33,839 nucleotides of DNA, from assembly GCA_963676915.2 (NCBI GenBank), contig CAXXVK010000050.1, positions 1 to 33,839 of the forward strand, read 5' to 3'. The notes below the pieces were generated by a model, which had not been told where the DNA came from, searched no databases, and saw only the letters and a list, made by a program, of their open reading frames with translations. This stretch comes from Myxococcota bacterium (GTDB lineage Bacteria > Myxococcota_A > SURF-8 > G963663525). A program made the position numbers and the translations under genes. The first letter of the stretch is position 1. Each line of letters opens with the position of its first letter. This document shows positions 1 through 7,844 of the stretch, in pieces.

Positions 1-1
1 A

Positions 2-1459
2 AATATTTCCGGCGGGGAACGACACAAGACCGTTTATTGTTTCGATGGTGCGGAGGATGTCAGCAGCGCCGGGGTAGAACATTTGGTCTTTACCGCACCT
101 GCCGACGATACGTATACCTTGGTTATCGATGCTGCGCAGATGTCGACCCATGGGACCGCCGATTACTCGCTTCGGAGACTGACTCCCGACGATCCGCTAG
201 CCGGTGGAACACCTGCCTATGTGGCGGGGGATGATGGCTATGTGGTGTTGGGTGCCGAGGCTCTGGACTGGTACGAAGCCCGTGTCACCTGTGAAAGCGG
301 ATCGGAAGCACTGGGTATGGAAACCGTGATGGATGACGACCGGTTGGGACGTATACAACAGGCTTTCCAGAGCGTAGGTAATGTCGCTGTCTGGACGGAT
401 CTCAACGACCGTGCCGTGGAAGGTGAGTTCCACCATAGTGATGAATCCGCCGTATACGGAGGTTACCCGTTAGAGCAGTCCATCGAAAACAACGGAGAAA
501 GCCAATCTTTCGTTTCTCTGTCTTTGGGAAATGAGTCTGCATGGATGTGCCGTTCTTGGGATGGTGAGGACGTTTATCCATTGTGCCGTAGGGATTTCGA
601 TATGGAGTGTACGGATATCGTCACCTCGCTGACGTTATCTCAACTGGAGGAAGGCGAACAGTGGATCGACTCTAAACGCAGCTTTTTCGGGAGTCTGCTG
701 ACTCCGAAAATCAATGCGGATTGCGGTGAAGCATCTCCGCTTGGTGTGGGTTCTGAGCAGTTGATCCGTATCGTTCCCCAAGGGGGAGAAAACCTGGAAG
801 TCAAATTGCTTGGGTATTCTTTCGACGCTCTGTTGGCCGTCGTGCCCGGATGCGATAGCTCGATGCAGACCTGCCTTGCCAAGGCGGACGAAACGCTTGC
901 GGCAGGGATGGAAACCGTGCATTTCACAGCCGAAGATTCCCGGCCTGTGTTTGTCGTAATGGATACGAAGGCTCGAAACACTTCGGGAAGCTGGCAGGTG
1001 ATGGCGAGGCTCATGCATTCGGAGGCTGCCACAGGAGAAACCTTTACGATTGGCGAGTCGGAATATCTGTTGGGAAGCGAATCCATGTTCTGGCTTTCGG
1101 CTTTGGATGCCTGCCGTAATTGGGGTGGAGATCTGGCCGCGCCGTCCACGACAGCGGAGCGGGATGCTTTGCTGGTCGAGCTGGCTTCTCGGGTTCCGGC
1201 TTATCGGCAGGTATGGAGCGGTTTGACCGACAAGCCGTTCTTTACCGAACCGGATGTGGCCGAGGACGACCCCTGGAACGATCGTTTGAGTTGGACGAAC
1301 GGAGAAACGTACGATCCTTCGGTGCACTTAACCTATACTCATACCGACGATAAAGATTGCATGGTGTATTACTATCTCAGTTCAGGCGAGTGGAAGGATA
1401 TAGCGAAAAACTGCGAAGAGGACAGCGATCACAAAGCCTTGCCGCTTTGCGAGCGTTGA
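2..1459 (+). CDS. Large extracellular multidomain protein, 5'-truncated by the window; PPC-like beta-sandwich modules and a C-terminal C-type lectin-like domain
   Basis: Frame is open from base 2 (NISGGERHKTVYCFDGAEDVSSAGVEHLVFTAP...), so the true start lies upstream. The C-terminus has the CTLD pattern: YLL..SMFWLSALDACRNWGGDLA..(W)SGLTD..LSWTNGE..DCMVY..GEWKD..CEE..LPLCE. Confidence 0.7.
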   Translation, partial: NISGGERHKTVYCFDGAEDVSSAGVEHLVFTAPADDTYTLVIDAAQMSTHGTADYSLRRLTPDDPLAGGTPAYVAGDDGYVVLGAEALDWYEARVTCESGSEALGMETVMDDDRLGRIQQAFQSVGNVAVWTDLNDRAVEGEFHHSDESAVYGGYPLEQSIENNGESQSFVSLSLGNESAWMCRSWDGEDVYPLCRRDFDMECTDIVTSLTLSQLEEGEQWIDSKRSFFGSLLTPKINADCGEASPLGVGSEQLIRIVPQGGENLEVKLLGYSFDALLAVVPGCDSSMQTCLAKADETLAAGMETVHFTAEDSRPVFVVMDTKARNTSGSWQVMARLMHSEAATGETFTIGESEYLLGSESMFWLSALDACRNWGGDLAAPSTTAERDALLVELASRVPAYRQVWSGLTDKPFFTEPDVAEDDPWNDRLSWTNGETYDPSVHLTYTHTDDKDCMVYYYLSSGEWKDIAKNCEEDSDHKALPLCER

Positions 1460-1501
1460 CCTGAAGGTGTTCTCGAAAGAATCATCATTTCACGATAGAA
1501 G

Positions 1502-1530
1502 TTGACTTGCAGCGTCAAACCCTCCAGAAT
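1502..1530 (+). promoter_or_regulatory. Putative sigma70 promoter of the lipoprotein array, with a TTGAC-N7-GTCAA palindrome over the -35
   Basis: TTGACT (1502-1507), 17-bp spacer, CAGAAT (1525-1530). Inverted repeat TTGAC ttgcagc GTCAA at 1502-1518. SD AGGAGG at 1542-1547 precedes ATG 1558. Confidence 0.45.
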
Positions 1531-1557
1531 AATCCTATTCTAGGAGGAGTTGTCTGC

Positions 1558-3066
1558 ATGTTGCGATTTGTCGTATCTACCGTCATTTTCGTAAAAACCG
1601 GCGTGTGCCTGTGGTTGTTGGTTTTATTCGCCATACTGGCAGGATGCGCCGATGCGGGTGGTGTTGCCATGGTACTCGTTCCGGGGGATTCTGTAGAGAT
1701 TCCAGAGGTTTCGCAAACCGATGACGATTCGGATATAGCGGAGAGCTTTCCCGATGAGGACGGAATAAACATCCCTCCCGCCGATCCCGATGAGGAAGAT
1801 ATCCCGCAAGAAATCACGGATGAAGACGAATCCGAAATGGACGAAGATGAGCCGGATTTGGATGAAAATGAACCGGAGAATGACGAAGCGGAAGTGGAGG
1901 AGGATGCCGAACCGCCGTTGATCGAGTACAACTTGTTTCCGTTTGCCGGTGTGCGGGTCGAGCCTTGTGAACGTGAAATGGGACGTACTAACATAGACAA
2001 AAACAACGCGGTGTGGAGCGATGGAGAGGGGCTTACCTGGTTCGGAGCGTTAAACGGGATTTGGATTTATAACAAGGAACCTTCTCCATCGCTGCATTGT
2101 GACGAAGAGGTGGGAGAAAAGGTTGTCTGTCTCGATGGTCGCCGAGTCGGAGACGAAACCGAGCTTTGGGCCGGATTTGCACGGGGAAAAGTTGGACGAT
2201 GGCGAAATGGGGGCTGGCATTTCGAGACGGTTCCTGAAGCTATTCAAGATGAGGTTGTTACGGGAGACGACGCAGAGGAATTGGAAGAATGGCAGGGGAT
2301 GATCTGGGCTTTGGACGTGCATGAAGACGGCACGTTGGCAGTGCAGGGACCGCTTGGCCTGGCGTTGCGAGATCCATCAGGAGTCTGGATGGTCGCCGAT
2401 TGTCTCGGCGTAGATTGGGGTATGCCTGTTGCATCGGATACGACGTACTACCTGAAAATCGATCATCTTCCGTTCGTCGGTCTACGATGGATGGAGGATC
2501 GGCTACTCGCCGGTGCGAATCGAACGGTGGTGGCTATCGACAAAAATTCAGGAACCTGCGAAGCGATTTGCACGACCGACGAGGGCCAGCTTGCAGTCGC
2601 TCCGGGAAGAACGGACCGGGTGATTGTTGGCAGGAGTGTGCAGGGGGGGCACGATTACCGCGGTCCTTGGGCGACCATTTACAATTATACTGGAAAGGTT
2701 GGAGAATGCCATAATGGCATTTGGAGAGAATCGACAGAAATCGATGACGAAGTATCCACTTTCTTCGATTTGAATACAGGACTGTTTGTTGTTGAAGGGT
2801 CGGCTCGTATAGGGATAAGAACCTATATCGGTTGGGTACAGATATGTATTATTCGAGTTGGTTTACACTATTTTCATGCATTTCATGAAACAACTCGAAA
2901 ATTTGCTGATGAATTTTTTTCGTCAAATTACTGTAATGGGCTTGGTTTTAATCCATATCCTGGTGTAGGTGCATCGTTCGGATTACGCCAAAACCTCTGG
3001 TTCGACGAAGAGGAAAAACACGGTTGGTACTCTTTCGGACCAAGCCGAATCAAACTGAACCGTTGA
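1558..3066 (+). CDS. Polymorphic lipoprotein, copy 1 (lipobox LAGC, acidic linker, probable beta-propeller body with variable C-terminal half), 502 aa
   Basis: ATG 1558 follows AGGAGG. Hydrophobic signal ends in LAG|C, followed by an Asp/Glu-rich stalk. Clear paralog of 3142..5537 and 5612..7111. Ends QNLWFDEEEKHGWYSFGPSRIKLNR. The fold is inferred from beta-strand repeats such as TWFGALNGIWIY, ELWAGF and IWALDVHEDGTLAV. Confidence 0.8.
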   Translation: MLRFVVSTVIFVKTGVCLWLLVLFAILAGCADAGGVAMVLVPGDSVEIPEVSQTDDDSDIAESFPDEDGINIPPADPDEEDIPQEITDEDESEMDEDEPDLDENEPENDEAEVEEDAEPPLIEYNLFPFAGVRVEPCEREMGRTNIDKNNAVWSDGEGLTWFGALNGIWIYNKEPSPSLHCDEEVGEKVVCLDGRRVGDETELWAGFARGKVGRWRNGGWHFETVPEAIQDEVVTGDDAEELEEWQGMIWALDVHEDGTLAVQGPLGLALRDPSGVWMVADCLGVDWGMPVASDTTYYLKIDHLPFVGLRWMEDRLLAGANRTVVAIDKNSGTCEAICTTDEGQLAVAPGRTDRVIVGRSVQGGHDYRGPWATIYNYTGKVGECHNGIWRESTEIDDEVSTFFDLNTGLFVVEGSARIGIRTYIGWVQICIIRVGLHYFHAFHETTRKFADEFFSSNYCNGLGFNPYPGVGASFGLRQNLWFDEEEKHGWYSFGPSRIKLNR

Positions 3067-3072
3067 AAAACG

Positions 3073-3110
3073 GGACGATACACAAAGTCGCTACGAAATT
3101 TTATTCGTGG
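3073..3110. repeat. 38-bp post-gene motif, copy 1 (diverged)
   Basis: GGACGAtacacaaAGTCGCTACGAAATTTTATTCGTGG. Shares the GGACGA...AGTCGCTACGAAATTT..ATTCGTGG frame with copies at 5544 and 7119. Confidence 0.8.
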
Positions 3111-4528
3111 AAAAATCCTGTAAGAACAGAGGGTGTTCTGTATGTTGCGAACCGTTGTTTCCGTAAAAACCGGCATGTGCCTGTGGTTGCTGGTTTTATT
3201 CGCCATACTGGTGGGATGTACCGATTCGGGTGGCATCTTCATGGTATTCGATCCGGGGGATTCTGTAGAGATTTCAGAGGTTTCGCAAACCGATGACGAT
3301 TCGGATATAGCGGAGAGCTTTCCCGATGAGGACGAAATAAACATCCCTCCTGCCGATCTCGATAAGGAAGATATCCCGCAAGAAATCATGGATGAAGACG
3401 AATCCAAAGAGGACGAAGAGGAGAACGAGCCGGATTTGGATGAAATGGAACCGGAGAGTGACGAAACGGAAGCTGAGGAAGACATCGAGCCGCCGTTGGT
3501 CGAGTACAGCGTGTTTCCCGATTCAGAGGTGCAGATTGAACCTTGCTTACGTGATCGGACTCATTCTTCCATGCACATAACGAATGCTGTATGGAGCAAT
3601 GGTGTAGGACGAACCTGGTTCGGAGCTTACAACGGTATTTGGATTCATGACGAGGAGCCTTCTCCGCTATTGCATTGTGACGAAGAAGTCGGAGAAAAGG
3701 TAATTTGCCTGGATGGTCGCCGTGTCGGAGACGAAACCGAGCTTTGGGCCGGATTTGCGCGGGGCAAAGTCGGACGATGGCGAAATGGGGTCTGGCATTT
3801 CGAAACGGTTCCCGAAGAGATTCAAGATGAGGTGGTAGAGGATGACGACGTAGATCTGGAAGATTGGCAAGGAATGATCTGGGGATTGGCCGTACACGAA
3901 GATGGCACGTTGGCTGTCCAGGGACCGCTTGGTTTGGCCTTGCGCGATCCGTCCGGCGTTTGGAGTGTTCCGAGTTGTCCCGATGTAGATTGGGGGATGC
4001 CGAAAGTAGAGTACCTTAAAGAGTTTGGTACTGCACACTACATTGATCGACCGCCTTTTGTTGGATTGCGTTGGATTAATAATGCAGTATATGCAGGCGC
4101 ATTACAAAAATTATATGCCATCGACCTTGAAACAGAAGTTTGTAGTTTGGCCTGTTCTGCCGACGATGGTCAACTTGCAATCTTGCCGAGTCGAACCAGT
4201 CGGATGCTCGTTGGAAAAAGCATAATTACTCCAGAATTTCCAATGGCTGATTGGGAAAATTCCTATCATGCTACCAAATACGTTGGAGAGTGCCTTGGCA
4301 ATGCCTGGCATCGCATATATGTAAATGAATCCGATCCGGATGATGATGTTGAAATGTCTTCGTCAAGCGATTTGATTTCAGGAATATTCCTTGCGTTTGG
4401 CGCAGTCAAGGGTGGAATCAGTTTTATGTTTACTCCTGAATGTCGGTATTTCACATACGCCAATTATCGTTATATGGGTGAACTCCATGATTTTTGCTAT
4501 CGGGATGACAAATTAGCACCATATTCTA

Positions 4529-5395
4529 GACAGTGTCGACACGAGAAAACGATTTATCTGGACAAAATCCTCGGCTTCTCGATATATTTCTATTTACTAG
4601 AATATATCGAGAGGAATTACCATGGAAGCTGCCTACCATCGTCACGATATTTCCGATCACGTATGGAATCTCCTGGAACCCCATCTACCTGGACGCTCCG
4701 GCGAGTGGGGAGGCGTGGCGGAAGACAATCGACGATTCATCAATGCTGTTTTCTGGATTCTGCGTACCGGTGCGCCGTGGCGTGACCTACCCCCGGATTA
4801 CGGTGGCTGGAACAACACGAACCGTCGTTTTTGCCGATGGCGCGACAAGGGAATCTGGGAGAAATTGCTTGAGATCCTCATTGACGATCCCGACTACGAA
4901 TGGTTGATGATCGACGCCAGCCACGTCAAAGTGCATCCTGACGCCGCAGGAGCGAAGGGTGGCAATCAAGCGATGGGCCGTACAAAAGGGGGCTCAACAG
5001 TAAGATACATTTGGCCGTGGATGCGCATGGTAATCCAGTCCGAGCGATTGTTACAGAGGGTACCCGAGCAGATTGCAAGGAAGCTTGCGCATTGATCGAA
5101 GGAATCGACGCCGAGTATTTATTGGCTGATCGCGGCTACGATACGAACGTGATCCTTGAAAAAGCCGAAAACGCGGAGATGGTGGCAGTCATTCCTCCGA
5201 AAAAGAATCGGAAAGTTCAACGACCATACGATAAAGAGCTTTATCGTGTTCGACATCTGGTCGAAAACGCTTTTCTGAAACTGAAACGATGGCGAGGAAT
5301 CGCTACACGATACGCAAAAAACGCGGCATCTTTCCTCGCAGCCGTTCATATCAGATGTCTCGCTCTCTGGCTTGATATCTCGTGACGACACTGCC
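4529..5395 (+). mobile_element. IS5-family insertion sequence (IS427-like, two-ORF), 867 bp
   Basis: Terminal inverted repeats GACAGTGTCGACACGAGA (4529-4546) and TCTCGTGACGACACTGCC (5378-5395) match at 16/18. Flanked by a TA duplication (4527-4528 and 5396-5397). Encodes a DDE transposase. Confidence 0.95.
4622..5385 (+). CDS. IS5-family transposase, OrfA (4622..) and OrfB (..5385) joined by a probable programmed -1 frameshift
   Basis: OrfA has RRFINAVFWILRTGAPWRDLP..YGGW..RRFCRW..GIW and IDASHVK. OrfB has LADRGYD, VIPPKKNRK and YRVRHLVENAFLKLKRWRGIATRYAK. Slippery AAAAGGGGG at ~4984-4992; a -1 shift gives the canonical GRTKGG-LNSKIHLAVDAHGNP. Confidence 0.92.
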
Positions 5396-5543
5396 TAAGA
5401 CACTTAATTTCACTTCAGGGGGTGGTTTGCAAGTTCATTGCACATCCTCTGCATTAAATCACAATCTCTGGTTTGACGAAGAAGAGGAACACGGTTGGTT
5501 TTCTTTCGGACCAAGTCGCATCAAGCTGAACCGTTGAAAAACG

Positions 5544-5581
5544 GGACGAGCGAAGCGAGTCGCTACGAAATTTATTCGTGG
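5544..5581. repeat. 38-bp post-gene motif, copy 2
   Basis: GGACGAGCGAAGCGAGTCGCTACGAAATTTATTCGTGG, identical to 7119-7156. Confidence 0.85.
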
Positions 5582-5611
5582 GAAAGCATTTTGACAACAA
5601 GGGTACCGTGC

Positions 5612-7111
5612 ATGTTGCAAGCCATCGTTTCCGTAAAAACCTGCATATACCTGTGGTTGCTGGTTTTATCCGCCATACTGGCGGGATGCACCGATGCGGG
5701 TGGTGTAGCCATGGCACTTGTTCCGGGGGATTCTGTAGAGATTCCAGAGGTTTTGCAAGCCGATGACGATTCGGATATAGCGGAGAGCTTTCCCGATGAG
5801 GACGAGATAAACATCCCTCCCGCCGATCCCGACGAGGAAGATATCCCGCAAGAAACCATGGATGAAGACGAATCCGAAATGGACGAAGATGAGCCGGATT
5901 TGGATGAAAATGAACCGGAGAGTGACGAAGCGGAGGTGGAGGAGTATACCGAGCCGCCGTTGGTCGAGTACAGCGTGTTTCCCGATTCCGAGGTGCAGAT
6001 TGAACCTTGCTTACGTGATCGGACTCATTCTTCCATGCACATAACGAATGCTGTATGGAGTAATGGTGAAGGACGAACTTGGTTCGGAGCTTACAACGGT
6101 ATTTGGATTCATGACGAGGAACCTTCTCCGCTATTGCATTGTGACGAAGAAGTCGGAGAAAAGGTAATTTGCCTGGATGGTCGCCGCGTTGGTGGCGAAA
6201 CCGAACTTTGGGCAGGATTTGCACGGGGTAAAGTCGGACGATGGCGAAATGGGGTCTGGCATTTCGAAACGGTTCCTGAAGCGATTTTGGACGACGTAGC
6301 AGTCGTAGATGGTGTGGAGAATCTGAAAGATTGGCAAGGAATGATCTGGGGATTGGCCGTACACGAAGACGGTACGTTGGCTGTCCAGGGACCGCTTGGT
6401 TTGGCCTTACGCGACCCGTCCGGCGTTTGGAGTGTTCCGAGTTGTATCGATGTAGATTGGGGGATGCCGGAAATCATAGAAAATGATCATCACGGATTAT
6501 ATCCTCCTTTGGATCGACGACCTTTTACAGGGCTTAGTTGGGTTGGGGATACTTTGCATGTTGGTGCTTGGCAGGCAATATTCAAGATCGATAAGAATTC
6601 TGGATTATGTGAGAAGTCGTGTACGACCGGAGTTGGTAATATTGTCGTAATACCAAGTAGAGCGGATAGAGTACTGGCAATCCATTTACAAGGAGAGATT
6701 GCTCCTTATTCTTCGCTAGGGTCGCATTTGTGCGGAGGTCGAGCGAAAGTCTTTGGTGAATGTCGGGAAGGTACATGGTCTGAGGTGGAACGCCAGGTTA
6801 TGGGTGGAAGTATTGCGGCAATGGATTTACAGACGGAATTGTTTTATGCAGTAGGTATTGTTGGTAGTCGGTATGTTTGGCCAATTTGGGAATATTATTG
6901 CACAGTGGGTAATTGGGTGGTTTACAAGGGGGAAAGAATTCAGAGCAATCATGATTCTTTATTATGGACCTATTGTAGTCTTCATGGCTGGGTATCTACC
7001 ATTGACCTTTGTCATGCCAATTCAGCTCTTGGTCAAAACCTCTGGTTCGACGAAGAAGAAAAACACGGTTGGTACTCTTTCGGACCAAGTAGGATAAAAA
7101 TAAATCGCTAA
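5612..7111 (+). CDS. Polymorphic lipoprotein, copy 3 (lipobox LAGC), 499 aa
   Basis: ATG 5612 aligns with the starts of copies 1 and 2 (MLQAIVSVKT vs MLRTVVSVKT). Same architecture. Ends QNLWFDEEEKHGWYSFGPSRIKINR. Confidence 0.8.
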   Translation: MLQAIVSVKTCIYLWLLVLSAILAGCTDAGGVAMALVPGDSVEIPEVLQADDDSDIAESFPDEDEINIPPADPDEEDIPQETMDEDESEMDEDEPDLDENEPESDEAEVEEYTEPPLVEYSVFPDSEVQIEPCLRDRTHSSMHITNAVWSNGEGRTWFGAYNGIWIHDEEPSPLLHCDEEVGEKVICLDGRRVGGETELWAGFARGKVGRWRNGVWHFETVPEAILDDVAVVDGVENLKDWQGMIWGLAVHEDGTLAVQGPLGLALRDPSGVWSVPSCIDVDWGMPEIIENDHHGLYPPLDRRPFTGLSWVGDTLHVGAWQAIFKIDKNSGLCEKSCTTGVGNIVVIPSRADRVLAIHLQGEIAPYSSLGSHLCGGRAKVFGECREGTWSEVERQVMGGSIAAMDLQTELFYAVGIVGSRYVWPIWEYYCTVGNWVVYKGERIQSNHDSLLWTYCSLHGWVSTIDLCHANSALGQNLWFDEEEKHGWYSFGPSRIKINR

Positions 7112-7118
7112 AAAACTA

Positions 7119-7156
7119 GGACGAGCGAAGCGAGTCGCTACGAAATTTATTCGTGG
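7119..7156. repeat. 38-bp post-gene motif, copy 3
   Basis: Identical to 5544-5581 and marks the right end of the array. Confidence 0.85.
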
Positions 7157-7211
7157 AAAATTGCAATGCCGTTTTCTTCGCAAATCCGGGAAAATCCATG
7201 AAACAAGTGGG

Positions 7212-7778
7212 TTATTCCTCGTTTTTTCGGAAGTCCTCCCGCAGCAGATCCATGATCACCTCATCTCGCCATTGTCCACCGATGTAGCGGTGTCGACGAA
7301 GGCGGCCGACTTCTTGAAAGCCTACTTTGGTATACGCTCGGTGGGCGCGGTGGTTGAAGTCCCAATGGTAGAGGATGATTTTGTGCAGATTGAGGCTGTC
7401 GAAACCGTAGCGGACCAGCATTCGCATGGCTTCGGTGCCGAATCCGGCGTTCCAGTATGGTTTTCCGATGAAAATCCCCAGCGTGGCGAAATGATGCCGG
7501 GGGTCGATGTCCATCAAGCTGGTATTACCGATCAAAACCTTTGGATTTTTTTGCCAGATTGCGCAATGAACCGTCTTTGCCGGGTCGGCGTTGACCATTT
7601 CTTCGAGGAAAGCTTTTTCTTTTTCCAGGGTGATCGGTTTGTGCCAGAGCAGGAAATTGGCGGTTTCCTCGTCGTTGATCCAGCGGGCATACAAGGGGGC
7701 GTCTTCCGAACGCACCGGGCATAAATCTATCTTGTCACCGGCCAGAAATACCGGAGGGTGGGACGATTGAACGTTCAT
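7212..7778 (-). CDS. GNAT family N-acetyltransferase (RimJ/RimL/SpeG-like)
   Basis: LIGNTSL..ID..H..ATLGIFIGKPYWNAGFGTEAM..YGFDSLNLHKI.L...N.RA.RAYTKVGFQEVGRLR..YIGGQWRDE..M.LLR. Confidence 0.9.
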   Translation of the reverse strand: MNVQSSHPPVFLAGDKIDLCPVRSEDAPLYARWINDEETANFLLWHKPITLEKEKAFLEEMVNADPAKTVHCAIWQKNPKVLIGNTSLMDIDPRHHFATLGIFIGKPYWNAGFGTEAMRMLVRYGFDSLNLHKIILYHWDFNHRAHRAYTKVGFQEVGRLRRHRYIGGQWRDEVIMDLLREDFRKNEE

Positions 7779-7844
7779 GGTTTGATCCTGATAATAACCT
7801 GTCGAATCGACACTGCTGAATCGACAAAAACCGCGTCGAGTCGA

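Larger units (their letters stand above)
3142..5537 (+). pseudogene. Polymorphic lipoprotein, copy 2 (lipobox LVGC), interrupted by an IS5-family element; 508 aa when reconstructed
   Basis: Joining 3142-4528 to 5398-5537 gives one continuous frame ...DDKLAPYS-KTLNFTSGGGLQVHCTSSALNHNLWFDEEEEHGWFSFGPSRIKLNR*, which matches the C-terminal tail of copies 1 and 3. The tracked ORF 3133..4785 is read-through into the IS. Confidence 0.9.

Noticed and set aside
3133-4785. 550-aa ORF as an intact gene
   Set aside because: Its last ~85 codons are IS sequence read in a non-transposase frame. The real C-terminus is at 5398-5537.
5495-5611. N-terminal extension of copy 3 (and 1507-1557 of copy 1)
   Set aside because: It overlaps the end of copy 2 and the intergenic motif. 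Paralog alignment and SD position favour ATG 5612 and ATG 1558.
1558-7111. Polymorphic toxin-immunity locus
   Set aside because: The variable parts remain homologous in skeleton and end in a conserved tail. No toxin motifs or small intervening immunity ORFs are seen.
1-7156. Diversity-generating retroelement (C-lectin gene next to variable repeats)
   Set aside because: No reverse transcriptase in the window and no TR/VR pair differing only at adenines. Variation spans ~560 bp with indels at all bases.
3073-7156. CRISPR array or integron attC sites
   Set aside because: The 38-bp repeats are separated by whole genes of 1.5-2.4 kb, with no cas genes. There are no paired RYYYAAC/GTTRRRY boxes and no integrase, and the cassettes are paralogs rather than unrelated genes.
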